NCBI RefSeq assembly: GCF_036321535.1
Contig: NC_087437.1
Location: 22,260,001-22,324,000 of the forward strand
Reading direction: 5' to 3'
DNA length: 64,000 nt
Origin: Camelus dromedarius
Taxonomy: Eukaryota
Each line of letters opens with the position of its first letter. Within the stretch, counting starts at the first letter, position 1. This document shows, in pieces, positions 48,601 to 62,919 of this stretch. The notes under the pieces were generated by a model. It was not told the origin of the DNA, made no database searches, and saw only the letters and a list, made by a program, of their open reading frames with translations. The position numbers and the translations under genes were made by a program.

Positions 48601-49374
48601 AAGGACTGATGGGTAGGTGTGTGGGTTAGGGGCAGTGCTGGATGGTTGAAACTGTATTGCAACAAGGCTCAATCCAACAGAAAGTCAAAGGAGCAGGAAT
48701 AAACTTTGGAGGAAAAACAGAAATGGTTGCCAAAAAGTTGACCCTCAGTTGTAATGTCACAAAAGCACCTCTACAAAAGGTCTGGCTTTGATGTTTTCAG
48801 AAGCATGGGTATTTGTCTGGGAAAAGACTGTTCTCAAAGCTTTACTCCAACCTCCATCTGACTACCTCTGAACCTGTCCCAAAGGAGAGAAGCAGGTTAG
48901 CTGCTTGATGTCACACAAAGGCAGTACACATGGCCTTTCCAAGTTGGACACTGGGTGGTCAAGAGGCCAGAAGATGAGGGGGGACCCAGTGAAGTCATCT
49001 GTTCCATCATCCTGCCTTTCTGTCTAGTAGATGAAGACCTACCTTGCTTTCACAGCTGATAGAGAAGTAATATTCTATACCCTCCTCTGGCAACTCATTC
49101 CTTGGGTAGCAATCTCAGCTTCCTAGAAGATCTTCTAACTTTTAAAAGGGTCTCTCATATTGCACATGCCTTCAGTGCAGCTGGCTACTATTTTCTGATA
49201 TTATTATTATTATCTGGGGACTAATGTTATCCCCCTCACACCTCTGACCATTGCTCAGCCCAAGATGGCATCTCATGCTTGTGACAACACCTGTCTTATG
49301 TTGCTGATTCAAAGAATTCCCCAGTCAATCTTCCATCCCAGAGGACAAGCTTTTCTTAAGATTACACCTCTTCT

Positions 49375-50406
49375 GACAACCTAAGGACTGAGAGAAAATA
49401 TTTGCAAATGATGCAACTGACAAAGGCTTAACTTCCAGAATATACAAATAGCTCATAAAACTCAATAATAAAAAAACCAAACAATTGAATCAAAAAATGG
49501 GCAGACCTAAACAGACATTTCTCCAATGAAGACATACAGATGGCCAACAGGCAAATGAAAAGATGCTCAATATCACTAACTATCAGAGAAATGCAAATCA
49601 AAACTACCATGAGGTATCACCTCACACTAGTCAGAATGGCCATCATTAAAAAGTCCACAAATGATAAATGCTGGAGAGGATGTGGAGAAAAGGGAACCCT
49701 CCTACACTGTTGGTGGGAATGTAGTTTGGTGTAGCCATTATGGAAAATAGTATGGAGATTCCTTAAAAAACTAAAAAAGAGTTACCATATGATCCAACAA
49801 TCCCACTCCTGGGCATGTATTTAGAGAAAACTCCAATTTGAAAAGATATATGCACCTCAATGTTCAAAGCAGCACTATTTACAATAGCCAAGATATGGAA
49901 GCAACCTAACTGTCCATCAACAGATGAATGGATAAAGATGTGGTACATATATCCAATGGAATATTACTCAGCCATAAAAAAGGAATGAAATAATGCCATT
50001 TGCAGCAACATGGATGGACCTAGAGATGATCATAGTAAGTGAAGTAAGTCAGACAAAGACAAATATCACATAATATCATTCATATGTGAAATCTTAAAAA
50101 ATGAGACAAATAAACTTATTTACACAACAAAAAGATTCACAGACATAGAAAACAAACTTATGGTTATCAAAGAAGAAGGAGGGAGGGATAAATTAGAAGT
50201 TTGGGATTAGCAGATACAAACAACTATATACAGAATGAATAAACATGGTCCTACTGTATAGCACAGGGAACTATATTCAATAGCTTATAATAACCTATAA
50301 TGAAAAAGAATATGAAAAGGAGTATGTATATATGTACAAATGAATCACTATGCTGTATACCAGCAACTAACACAACATTGTAAGTCAACTATATATCAAT
50401 AAAAAA
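49375..50406 (+). mobile_element. 5'-truncated L1 (end of ORF2 plus 3' UTR) with target-site duplication
   Basis: ORF2 C-terminal peptide [29 protein letters not shown]...[19 protein letters not shown] tail; TSD aagattacacctcttct (49358-49374) and aagattacatatcttct (50407-50423); TT|AAGA endonuclease-type site. Confidence 0.92.
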
Positions 50407-53400
50407 AAGATTACATATCTTCTTTTTTCAAATTTCCTCTTTCAGGTTATTCTCTGGGCAAGAGGTCTAATTCAACTTGTGAGATTTTGATGAAGCTAAT
50501 AATATTATACAGGAAACAGCACAAAGGCTGAGGAGGTTTAAAAAAAAAAAAAAAGAAAAAGAAAAAAAAGAAATAATTGATCTTCTACTGTGGACCAGGT
50601 AACCCTCACAGCTAATCCTCAGGATGGTCCTTCAAAGTGAGTTTGGCTGTTGCTGGTTGCGTAGTTGAGGAAATGGAACTTCAGTACCACTGTGAATAGA
50701 AGAACCACAGTTCAGTGTCTTGCTGATTCTAAGGCCAGACACTCAAGGAGGATGGGGCCCAGTGATGGGAAAGGGGCCCATCCCCAAGGTTAAATCCTGT
50801 CCCTGCTTCTTTTTTTATTTTTTAGTCTGCCTGTAGCCATAGGAACATAGCTCCACAGGTAACAGAGCCAGGGCTCAGCTGCTTAGATCAGCAGAATGAT
50901 CTAAGCTACAGCCCTGCTCCGTCCTGGAGTCACAATGGCCAGAAGGCAGGCCACTGCTGCCTGTCATAAGATTTCTTCACTTTCTCTTACCAGAATGTCA
51001 GTAGTTCTATTTTTTCCCTGAATCCTCCCCAAGTGTTACTACCATTCTACAGATAGAGAAACCCATGTCCTGAGAACAATGAAGGAGTGAAAGTTCATAA
51101 TCTTTTGACCTCTTGGCTTTCAGGGAACACTTGGGTCTTCCTCATTCTTCCATTCTGGGTCGAGGCCGTGCCGCATGCCTTGCTTCTCCTGGATTGGTCC
51201 TGGAAAATGGCCCTGGCTAGGATGCTGGCCTTCAAAGTGGAACTGCCACTAATGGGAAGTGGAAGCACAGAGCGGGGAGGCAGAGAGCGGCAGACTCGGC
51301 CTTGATCCCACACGAGCAGAAGCTGTCTCCAGGGAGTGGCCATGCCCGGCCTCGGCATGGAGCTGATCACGCTGCGAGACCTGCCTCTGCGAGACTGAGG
51401 ATGTGGGTGTGCACAGGTAGGGTGGAGAGTGAGTTCAGCAATCCCTCGGGAGCTTCCGCTGTCCTTGTGTCCACCTCCATCACAGGACTTAACTCCCTGA
51501 ATTATGACTTTCTAAGCTCATCTCCCAACTGGACTATGAGCAAATTAAGAACAAGGTTTATATCTTCTCATTTCCATCCCTAGCAGGAGGCATAGTTTTT
51601 AGCACATAGTAACCGTTAAATAAATAAGTATTGGACGAGTGGAAGGAGAAAGCTGGCTGCCTCGTGTAGCTCACCTTCCTTACTGCTGAGGTCACACACT
51701 GCTCTGTGTCACTGGATGTCAGGGTCCCATGCCCCACCGGCTCGCCTACCTCTCCCCACAGCGGTCTGGCCCTTCTACCCCTGAACTGTCCCCACTGAGG
51801 GCTGGCCCGGGAAGAGAGGGAAGCAGTCCAGCAGACAGAGTCATATGAATAGGCATTATGAGTACGCTTGGGGGGTGGGGAGCGAATGGTTTGAATTATA
51901 GTTTTCCCCAGTTGGAAGGGGGGGGGGGGCTGTGTGAGTGACACACAGCAGCTGTTTCCACTTAAAATTGATTAGCAAGTATCACTACAAATGAACTCAG
52001 AATTTAAAACAAAACTCCATGGAAACGAATCCATCTAAATCATTCTAAATGGGTTGCAGGAAAGAAGTTGCTCCAGCTGAAGCAAAAAGAGCTCCCTTAG
52101 TCCTGCTTTTCCCCTACTGGCCAGCCTGTCTGGAGGCTATGGTTCCCCATGTCACAGAGATAAAACGAATTCCGATTTTTTTTTCACTGGCTGCTTGTCC
52201 CAAATTTTAACTGGTCCTGAGCAAATTCCCTGGCACTATCTGTAAAGCTGGAAGTAAAATGCCACCTGAGACAGAGGCAGCCAGGCTGGCCTCACTCCGT
52301 TTTGGGGCAAGAGCCACACTCTTGTTGATGAACCTCAGAGCAGCCCTTGGGACTCTCAGAATTGGTCTGTTACAGCACTCAACAGTGAGTAGCTGGTAGG
52401 CTGGGGGGCTGTGCTGTTTCCATTAGCCCTTCAGCACCTGGGAAGTTAGACATAAAATACTGTTTGGCTTTTGAAATGTCCTTATTAGAGAATTAAGAAT
52501 CTAATTCACAGAAACAAACAACCTCGAGGTGTGATACTCAAGGAAAGTTCAGAGAGTCCTGTGGTTATTAATGGTCATACAATGGGCAGTCTTAGTAGAA
52601 AGCCTGAGAGAGGAGGCGAATCAAATAAAGAAAATCAATTTTTGGGAATAAATTAAATTTAAAATGCATCAGCCGTAAGGCCCCAGCAAAGACAAGTTTA
52701 TAGTACATTTCTGGTCGTCTAAGTAATGGAAGTCACATTTTATTCCCATTATACGGGGCACATATTACCAAGCTCTGATCTCTCTAAAATTAGATCTCTG
52801 CAAAGATATAGTTGGCTCATCCTGACAGGGCTGATGGGTGGTGAGAGCCTCTAGCAGCAACACACTCCATCTGGGAAGATTCTGTTCTGCTCGGCTGTAT
52901 AAAGCATTCTTTGTGTTTCAAGAGTTGATGTACTGCCGCGTGGCATGACAAAACAAAACCCAGCGGTCCGCTTCTCTTCCCTCTGCTGCTCAGCGCGCAG
53001 AGTGCGTACACGGCTGGCCCTAAGCAAACATCCACGTCGCCTCCCCAAGGAGAGCTGAAAGAGGTCACCTAGTCCCTTTGCTACCTAGCTTTGCTTAAAA
53101 CCATGTGTGAGGATCATGGCACAGGAACCGTAAGACAATAAAGACCCAGGGGGTCGCCTGTCCTTTTGTCGGAGACTTGACAACTCTTAGTTATTGTCTG
53201 CACCAGTTTCAGGCTTTCACATTATCTTCTTTAACTGGAAGAATTCCCACCTGAGCAGAGCGAAAATAAACCCAGTGTTTGATGCTTCCCTGGGGTAATG
53301 CTCAAGTGCGCATTAATTGCGTGCCGGTAGGGTGAACGTGATCCCACGGCCCCAGCTGGGGAGGGTCCTGGAGAAGGTGAAGCCTGGGTTCTAGACGGAG

Positions 53401-56400
53401 AGAAGATGCCTCCAAAGGGCAGCCACAGAGGATCTGCGGCTGATGAAAGGAGCCAGGCGGCAGCAAGGGGGAGGCCGTGACATCCAAGTCCCCTTGCCCA
53501 AGGCTACGGTCAGAGGATTCTGTGAAATGATCCTCCAACTGACAAAATGGGTTATACTTAGCTGAGGCAGCCTGCACTGAGGGACACTGAGGCTGGAGTT
53601 GAAGGGTTTGAAACTAGATTGAGGAGGAAAAGACCCATTGTTGAAACTGCACAGGTAAAGACATTCCTCCATCTTTGAACATCGAAAACCACTCCCCACG
53701 CACAAGACAACAGATTCGGCCACATGGACAAAGAGGGTTGCCAGCTTTATTTCATTTTCATGATCGATCCACCCAACATTTATGATGTGCAGTTACTACA
53801 TGTCAAGGAGCTTGTTAGCCAATGGTGATATGACCATTATTACAACGTAGTGCTTGCCCTCAGACTTGCTCCTATTCTAGTGAGGGAGACAGAAAACAAA
53901 CCGGCAACTTCAGTTCCTGTGCTCAGTGCTCTGAGCGGGGCTAGATAGGAATCTTTGGGAGCACACAGGACCAGAAGTTATTCCCAAACTCGGCGGCAAG
54001 AGGCCCTCTCCCACACTGCAGTGCTTCCCAGAAGAGCTGGCATGCAGCACAGTGCCCAGTAGACAATGCTCCATGCAGTGAATTGCCTTGGAGATGTGTC
54101 TTTAAGACTGCACAGACACCGATACCACAATGATATTAATAAAATATTTAGTTGGCCACCTACCAGGCATGTAAATATGAAGTAGTGCAGTCTCAACATT
54201 TCATAGAACCCTGGCCATCTCACATGGATGAAAAACAGGACAGTGGGGAGAATCAGCCCTCCTGGGAGTCAACAGGATGCAATGGACACAGCAAAGCAGG
54301 AGCAGAGAAGAATGGTACTGACAATATTAACAGCAAATGCATATTAAGACAATTCACTTAAAAACAAAATTCACTTAAAGCAAATTCACCCAAAACAGTT
54401 TACAAGTGTTACTGCATTTAATTCTCCCAACAACCCTCCCAGGAAGAAACAATCATTATTTCCATTTCAGAGATGAATAAACTGAGGCTCAGAGAGGTCA
54501 GGTAGTGTGCGTGGGCACAGGATCACACAGATACTAAGTGGTGAGCCTAGGAGTCAATCTTAGTTCTGATCCTCAGGTTGGTAGGAGAACTAAAAATGTT
54601 AATACTTGCAAAGTGCTAGGAATGGGCTCAAAATGGAGCCAGCACTCGGGTGAGTGTTAACTATTAATACCAACACAGACAAATCTCTCCTGCGGCACTC
54701 TTCCAAGAGAAAGAGAAATGATCTCCCCTCAACTAACCAACCTAATGCAGACCCCTCCGTGATTAAAGACATGAATTACCTGCCTCTGAAGGAGAAAAGA
54801 AATGAGGTAGGAGTTGCTAGCTCCTCTGGACAGCCAGGTATCTGGTTCTGGTGAAGTCAGAACATGATGCGCTTTGCCGGCTCCGAGGAGGAGATGCTCC
54901 CAGCTCACGGAGATCTCAGCATGGCTCTCCCGGAGCGCAAGGCTAGCCAACTCCTGCCTCAGTTGCCCCTTCCTTTTCTCTCAGACTGGATGTCTCAGTG
55001 TTACTGAGATTAAAAGACATTCTTTAGTCAAAATCCTCCTGATTCCCATGCCTGCAGGAGGGCGCGAGGTCTTTTGTGGGTGGGGACAGATGGGATTTGT
55101 TGAACCACATTTGACACCTTCCAAGACTTAGACACCCTGGGCAGTGAAGAAAGCAGACATCTATTACCTTTCTTGTAAAGAAAGCGGTGTCTACAAAGTT
55201 CGTTATTTCTAGAGATTTGACATGTTCTGTGTTTCATTTCTTCCTTCTCTCTCCATCCAATCTCTTTATAGGTTTTGACACTCAATGGGATTTCTGGAAG
55301 ATTGTTACAACCACCAGCTGTGGGGCTGGATATTGATATAGTCACCTTTTTATTTTTACTTTTTAAAAAATAATCTACTTTCAAAAACTCTATTTCAGGT
55401 TGTTTCACCATATGACCAGTAAATGCTCCTAAATGCACTTTGCCCTTCTTTCAACAAACCAGGACTGGGATATTTCAAAGGGAAGATGAGAAAAAAATTA
55501 AAACTATTGAGAAGAGGCTGTCGCTACTGCAATATTTAAAATAAGAAAGATAAGCAGCATTTTTGTATTATTTCTTTGAGGAACTCAAAGTAACATTCAA
55601 TTAGCCCTGCGAAGTAAATATGAGAGATATATTACTAGGTGTATTTTTCTTATGACGAAACAAACATGGAGAGGAAAAGTGATTTGCTTGTTCAGAATAC
55701 TCAGTGCCGTCAAGCAGAACTTGTAACGACACACAGACCTCACAATTAGTCAGTAAATGTCATAGTCAACCGTCCGGAAGCATGCATTGGACCGAAGAAA
55801 TCAAAACCACCCATCAGTCACAAACGGCTGCTCTTTATGGGGCATGAACTCTGGGCTTGCCAGAATCCTCGCCACTTCTCCCTGACGTGTGGTGGAGTCT
55901 CGCTCATCTCTCCTGGTCTTTAGTGAGCCTTTGATACCCATTTCTGTTGCCTGCCTGAGAAGAAGGTATAAACAGTGGACCCAGGTGACCGGATCAACCC
56001 AAACAACGTGACAGGGAAGCACAGGGACAGGCGAGGACTCAGCCCATTGCCGTGTTAGGAAAATAGAAACATAAAATAGGAGAGCATTTACCCACCAGCC
56101 CCTCCAGGCTTCTACTCTCTGTGCTACCATTTTGCCCTAATGATCTTGTAGATGTTTCTTGCATGATTTTAAATTTCAACTGCAACAGAAATCCTTAGTG
56201 GCTTGTCACTCTCACCACTTAGCTTTCCCTCTAGTACATCCATCCTTTAGGAATTTGCGACAGACTGCAAATGTCAGCTTGGGGGAAAGACAAATGATAA
56301 TAATACACTGGGAGTTGCAGCCTCTGTGCTAATTCACCGAAGCTGTTTCCAGAAAAACACCGCCCGCTAATTAAACAACCCCCCTCCTTTTTTTTTCTTA

Positions 56401-56988
56401 TTCTGACAGATGAAAACATGGGGAAGATCTTATCCCATCAGATGGAGAGCAGCCACTGCCCTGGGAGGCGGCCTGGTTTTCTAAGGGAATGGACTTCTTG
56501 GGAACAGCGGTAAAAATCTTTTACAGGAGATAAGCGCGCTGGTCTTCAAACCACTTGACAAACATTAACTAATTAATCTACCCACACCCCGTGGGGCGGT
56601 ATCATGCGTTAGCACCAGTGCTTCAAGGGCTTTGCTACGGCATGCCCGGTGACATCGGAGGTCCGCTCAGCCCTCCACCACCTGGATGGCCACCTGGGAG
56701 CAGCTGGGATGACAGTTCTCACCGCTCTCTGAAGTCACTCTGCTTGCTTGCTTGTTCACTCTCTGTCTCCCTCCACTGCACTGTAGAGGACACAGGGAAT
56801 AAGGCAGGAGAAATAAGGCTGCCCCATGACGAGGACAGGCTCCTCGTCCGTCTTACTCACTATGGCATCCTCAGGGCCTGGGACGCTCAGTAAATATTGC
56901 CTGAATGAATTATTGCCTCTCCTCTACATACTATCACGCCGATGACAACAAGCTCCTGCTCAGAAGAAGAGAAAGTTTCTGTATTTGA

Positions 56989-57446
56989 TGTATTGTGGTT
57001 GAATTGTATCCCCTCCAAGATACACATTCAAGTTCTAACCCCCTAGTGCCAGTGAACATGACCTTATTTGGAAATAGGCTATTTGCAGATCTAATCAAGT
57101 TAAGATGCAGTCATACTGGATCAAGGTGGGCCCTAAATCCAGTGACTGATGTCTTTATAAGAAGAGGGAATTTGTACATAGAGACACAACACGCACAGGG
57201 GAGAAGATGATGTGAAGGTGCGGGCAGAGATTGTAGGGAGGCAGTCACAAGCCCAGGAATGGCGGAGATGCCGGAAGCTGGCAGGCGAGGCAGGACTCTT
57301 CCCAGGAGCTCCTGGAGGGAGCAGGACCCCGCTGCTGCACTGATGTCAAACAGCTGGCCTTCAGAACTGTGAGGGAATACATTTCTGTTGTTTTAAGCCA
57401 CCCAGTTTGTGGTACTTTGTTATAACAACCCTGGGAAACAGAGACA
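56989..57446 (+). mobile_element. MLT1C/D-like MaLR LTR
   Basis: tgaattgtatcccc...gaccttatttggaaatagg...ttttaagccacccagtttgtggtactttgttataacaaccctgggaaac. Confidence 0.85.
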
Positions 57447-58402
57447 TGAGGGTTATTACAGATCAACAAGAGACCCTTCGGGGAGTGAGACAGGAAGCTC
57501 AGTTACAGCGCAGCCTCCCCGGCAGAGCCAGGCAGTAGGTCATCAGTCAGAGCGGCTTTGTCAGAGCGGTAACAGATGTGGCTGGGCAGAGAGGGAAGTG
57601 TGTGGAATTTACTGGGGCCGTTTCTTTGTGCCAAGGAGCCCTCTGACCCTTGTGGGTCAGTGCGGTCCTCAAATACGGCCATTGGAAGTCCTTCCTGTTC
57701 CAGGAGGCGTTTCTTCCAGGGTTGGCTTCCCTTGGCATGTTCACCATCAGGGACCCACCAGTTACCTATCGACTGGCTGCCTTTCATTTTGGAGCTTCAA
57801 GTTCTTACTCTGTGTGGTCTGTTCTGTTTCCAGTGAGCCCAAGGGGTCGGCCATGGGCACTGTGGTCTGTCTGTCAGGCATGCTCTGGGACGCTCCCCCT
57901 CACATTACTCGTAAGCACTAAGGCCCAAAGATATGTCCACTGCTTTGAAGTATATCCCTCCTGGTAACTAAGGAATATTTAAAAACTCCAATTCTAGTAA
58001 TTGTGGAATGTCAAAAGTTCTTGATTCAGATTTTTAGTTTCTCAGGGAGGCTCTGCTCACTCTGGAGCAATGATTCTTAGACTTGGTTTGGTGACAGACC
58101 CTTTGAGTGTCTGGTGACATTATGGAGTCTCCCTTGACAGGTGAACATCCACACAACATGTGGATGATGCTTTAGGCCCTGGATCTCGAGTCAGGAGCCC
58201 CTGCTGTGCCCCAGGCAGATCGTCTTCTCTCTCGTCTCAGCTTGTCTAAACGGGAAGCTGCTAGGCCCTTCCGCTGACTTCTCCGAAGAGGAGGGGGTTG
58301 CGGTGGAGTCCTGGCCTCTGGCTTTCAGGAAGATGGTGGAGGAGCCCTGACCTATTGGTCGAGCTCATCTGAGTCTTTTTCCTTTATTTACATAATTCAC
58401 CA

Positions 58403-58888
58403 GTATGATGGTTAATATTAAGTGTCAGCTTGACTAGGCTATGGTTGCCCAGAAATTTGGTCAAACGTTATTCCAGCTGTGTCTGTGAATATTTCTGTAT
58501 GAGATTAACATCTGAATTAGCAAACTGAGGAAAGCAGACTGCCCTCCCCAGTGCAGGTGGGCCCCATCCAATCAGTTGAAGGCCTGAGTAGAACAAAAAA
58601 AGCCGACCCTGCCAGGAATAAGAGGGAACTCCTCCCACCTGACTGCCTTTGAGGTAGGACATACATCTTGCCATGCCTTTGGACCTGAACTGAAACATTG
58701 GCTCTTCCTGGGTTTTGATACCACCAGCCTTCAGACTGGACCGAACACCATCAGCCCTCCAGGGTCTGCAGCTTGCTGACTGCAGATTTTGGGACTTCTC
58801 AGCCATGTGAGATGATTCCTTAAAACAAATCTCTCTCTCTCTCTAAATCCTATTTATTCTCTTTCTCTGAAGAGCCCTGACTAATATA
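58403..58888 (+). mobile_element. MLT2-like ERVL LTR
   Basis: tgatggttaatattaagtgtcagcttgactaggct...catccaatcagttgaaggcctga...gaagagccctgactaatata. Confidence 0.85.
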
Positions 58889-59929
58889 GCTAGGGAAAGA
58901 AGAGTCAGGATCCTCATTTTGCCTGTGAACTGTTTCTTCCTCAGTGGATCTAGGCCTTTGTGTGTGTGGGTTTGTGTGCCTGCATGTGTGTGTGTCTTCA
59001 AAGGGTTACTTTTAGGGTATTAACTAGTACAGAATAGGATGCCTATAGATTAAAAGAAAAAAGATGTCTACTAGAGTGTTCCATAGGCCAAGACATCCCC
59101 TTGGGCTCTGTGGGGTGTTCATGAAAGCTCAGGGCCTCATGCTTGTCAAGACTATCAGAAGCAGCATCCAAGGGGATTGTAGTGGACTGTTTATTGGGGC
59201 CTTGTCAGTAACTGTTTATAGTGAATCCTGCTAACCTGGTCTCTGCCTATAGGATGAGCTCAGGGCCAGCACAGAGGGGTGTGTCAGCCAGCACTTGTGC
59301 GTGTTCTGGAATGTATTGACATGCCCTCAGTCAGTCCTTAGGCATCATAATGTGTCCTGGCTTAATATACTGCTTTAAGAAGGATGAATCTGTTTTTTAT
59401 GGTTGAAGCTGTAATAGCACTTGGTATTGGTTTTCTGTTCATGCATGCAACTGTCCTCTGAGCACTTTATGTATCTGGTTGCACATGGATATTCATATAA
59501 AATTCAATAAAAGTTGTTAGTGATCATGGAAAAAAATCTTAGATGTGCAGTGAAAAGTTTTGACTGCCTTTGGATGTAATTATTGGAGAAATGAATACTT
59601 TGAAGGAGAAGGGGAAGACTTAGAAGAAATTTGCCCCTGCACCCCTCCTCTGTCCATCTTCCTAGGCATCCCTGGATCCTGGGTACATTTCATAGAGAGC
59701 TTCTAGTCCTGGCAGGCATTTCTGAAGCTGCTTAGTGCCAGCACCTGAGCGGGGAGATGTTTTCTGGCAAGTAAAGGGGCTTTTTCTGGAGGAAGCAAGA
59801 AGGATCCTCTCTCTGGACAGCGTTGGAGAAAATTACTCAACTGAGTTGTGGTAACAGACCTCCTCTGGGTACTCAACCCTGCCACATGATCCTATTGTGT
59901 GTGTTTTTTTTAAGAAGATTTACTTTTCT

Positions 59930-61580
59930 TCCCTGAAATGACTTGCTGTTCTCTCCTCTAGCTTCCTGCTCTACCCTCACTGTCAGCCGATGACCTCGTC
60001 ACGTGCTGTGAGGAAGATAACAAGAAGCCACCCGATGGGGAGACAGGAACCACCTCCCCTTCCCACCATCAAACTCCCACCCATCTGGGAGGTGCCCTCC
60101 TCCTCTGCGCCTCTGTCTTCTGAGTGTTTGTCCCGCCTCGTCAAAGGCCTGTGCCTCCCTCTGGGATCTGGATTCCATCCTCTGACACCTTTTCAGGGAA
60201 TTCCTTTTTTACTCACTCTTCATCACTGCTGTCTCCCTCCCTCCTGAGTCATTTCCATCAGCTACATCCAAACGTGATCCAGTATCTTCCGTATTTAACT
60301 CTCCTCCATATTTTGCCCCATTTCTTTGCTTCCTTTTAGAGCTCAAACACCCAAAAGAGTTAATTTATGCTCATTACCTTCACTTTCTCATTTTTATTCA
60401 CTCCTCAATCTACCCCCAGCCAGCATTTTGTTCCTGAATTCACTCCACTGAATTTGCTCTTGTCAAGGTCAACCAATGACCTCTGTGGTGCCAACTCCAA
60501 AGGACTCTTCTCTGTGTCCTTCAGCCCCCGACACCATGACCACATTCTCTGTGCCGCGCCCTCAGGACCCTGCACCCTGCTGGCTGGCCCCCACCCTTGG
60601 GCCTTTCCTCTGAAGTCTTCTTGGCAGATTCCCGTCCCTCTACTTAGGTCTAAAAACTGGTATACCTGGATGGTCTGTCCTACCTTCTCTCTTCCCCCAA
60701 AACACCATCTCTCTAGATGATCTCATCTATGGCTTTAAATAGCACCTAGAGGTTAACAAATCACATGTACAAATGTTATATCTCCCTGTGTCTCCTGAGC
60801 TCTAGACTCGTATATCCAGCCAGCTACTCACCATTTCCACTGGCCAACCTCAAACTTATCCCTCCCTGAATTCTGGAGCCCTCCCTGCTCCGACCCAGCC
60901 CTCCCTGTCTCTGTAAATGGCATCGCCATCCACATGGTTGCTGAAGTCGGAATCCTGGGAGTTAGTCTTGATTCCTCCTTTGCCCTCTCCCCACTCCCCA
61001 CACCAAATGCATGAAAGTCCTGTGATTCCGCCTCCAGACTAGATTCAAGGTACCACCATCCCCTGCATCCAGGCCACCACTGTCTCTTACCTACAGTCAC
61101 ACAGCCGCCTCCTAACTGGCCTCCCAGTTGCCATGCTCATGTTCCTACAGTTCTCCACGGCATTCGCACAGTGATCCGTGAAAAAGGAAATTAGATTACA
61201 CGATTCCTCTGCTTAAAACTCTCTGATGGATGCCTATCTCCCTTAGAATAAAATTTACCCTCCTTAGCCTGGCCTCCAGGCCCTGCGTGACCTGCCTTCC
61301 CCGCTGGTCATGCTCTCCCTCGCCACTTTCCAGCCACCTTGGGCGCCTTTCTGTTTCCTAGACACACCAAGCTCTTTCCCTGCCAGGTCTCTGCACATGC
61401 TGTTCCTTCTGCCCGAAGCCTTCTCCTCGAAGCCTTCTCCTCAAAATGTTGGCTCCTTCTCATTTTTAGTTGCAGAAAGCCCTTCCTGACGACCTTCTTT
61501 AACAGAGCTTCTCCCCTCCATGGTTCCTGTCCATCATGGTAAACAAAACAGTGCATGGTACTTGGTAGGCACTAAGTAAG
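59930..61580 (+). mobile_element. Long L2 fragment
   Basis: tgtcaaggtcaaccaatgacctc, ctagactcgtatatccagc, tgcttaaaactctctgatgg, catgctgttccttctgcc, ggtaggcactaagtaagt. Confidence 0.8.
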
Positions 61581-62919
61581 TACTTGGAGCATCAGTAGGA
61601 TGTTATACCTCGTGCACTTAAATCAGTGGCCACGTGTGTCTCTTGGTCAGGGGTCCACGTTCTCTTGCCTTGTGCTCAGAGTTCTTATCAGTGGTGACAG
61701 AGGCCACTCATTTATCTTGTGGTGAAATTAAGTAATTTTTTTCCTCATCAGCAGTAACGATCCCCTTGAATCTGTCAGCAGATACACGTTTAGAAATAAG
61801 TAAGTCTTCTAAGGATAATTTTAGTTGAAAATGGTCCTTGCAAGTATTCTGAGAGTACAGTGGAGAGCTGGAAACATATTCCTCTAGAATTTCAACTAAA
61901 GCTCTCACTTGTCGGGGCTTGTTCAGACAGGAAAGAAAGAGGAAGGAAGTCTAAATTCTCCAAAAATTGCAACTGATAAATCCAAATGAGAGCTAAGCTT
62001 CCTCTCTTAAAAAACCACCACCTCCTACAATTAAAGAAAAAAAAATCTATAAAAGTAGACATGTGGGGGTGAGGTAGAGTGGGGTGAATGAACAGTAAAG
62101 GAACTTGCCTATTAAATGTGGGGAATAAAAAAGAAAACCAACTTAGACACTGGATCAAACAGTACACAGAGGAGAAGTCTCTTAGTACAGTGCCATCTGG
62201 AACAACTATGAATTTTAATTAAGAGGAGGAGACATAGCTTTTGTCTGTTTAACTTTTTCCATCTCTTCTTATTATTACTAGTAGATTGATTCCATTTCTT
62301 GCACCCTGAGGCTTTTCTTGTTTCCTATCGTTTGAACTTAGAAGTATTTTCCTCTGCCCCTGACCTCTCCGCCCCCTCTCCCCTTCACTCGGCTTAATTC
62401 TTCCACAAACATCCTCTGTCTATGGCCACCTACTGGAGATACAGAAATATCCCTAACATCTTTCATGGTCAGTGTACTTGGGGGTGATACTCTGAATGTA
62501 ATACAGGAGTAACAGGACATTCAGATCTCAAAATTTTGGTGTGTTCCCACACTGTTCTGGGATATGGTAGTAACAAGATATTCCAGGCTGTCTAGGGGGC
62601 AGATCCAGTACCTGTAGCAATGTCTATGAGGAACAGTACCAGTTCTTCCAAATTTGTTCTAAACTCAGTGCTAACTAGTCCAATCCCCAGCTTTCATGTT
62701 CCACTGGAAGTTGCAAACCTAGATAAGCTGTTCTTGCCAAGAAAAGAAAGGTTCCGGGAGGCTCCTCCCTTGCTGCCAGCAACGTGTGTCAACAGAGGAA
62801 GTATTTCCACATGGACGTTTCTGCTGTGTGTACAAGTACTGTCTGTTTTCCCTGCCTACCTGGGTTTTCATCAATAATAGCTATCTAGAAACCAGAGTCT
62901 GAGCTGTCTTTGAAAAAGT

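Noticed and set aside
50750..50783. Small hairpin ggatggggccc...gggccccatcc
   Set aside because: An 11-bp stem only, with no miRNA, snoRNA or tRNA features; chance level in 64 kb.
54350..54396. Three short aattcac-containing direct repeats (also duplications at 2168-2192 and 33433-33456)
   Set aside because: Ordinary slippage duplications. There is no repeat-spacer periodicity, so no CRISPR-like array, and the DNA is eukaryotic.
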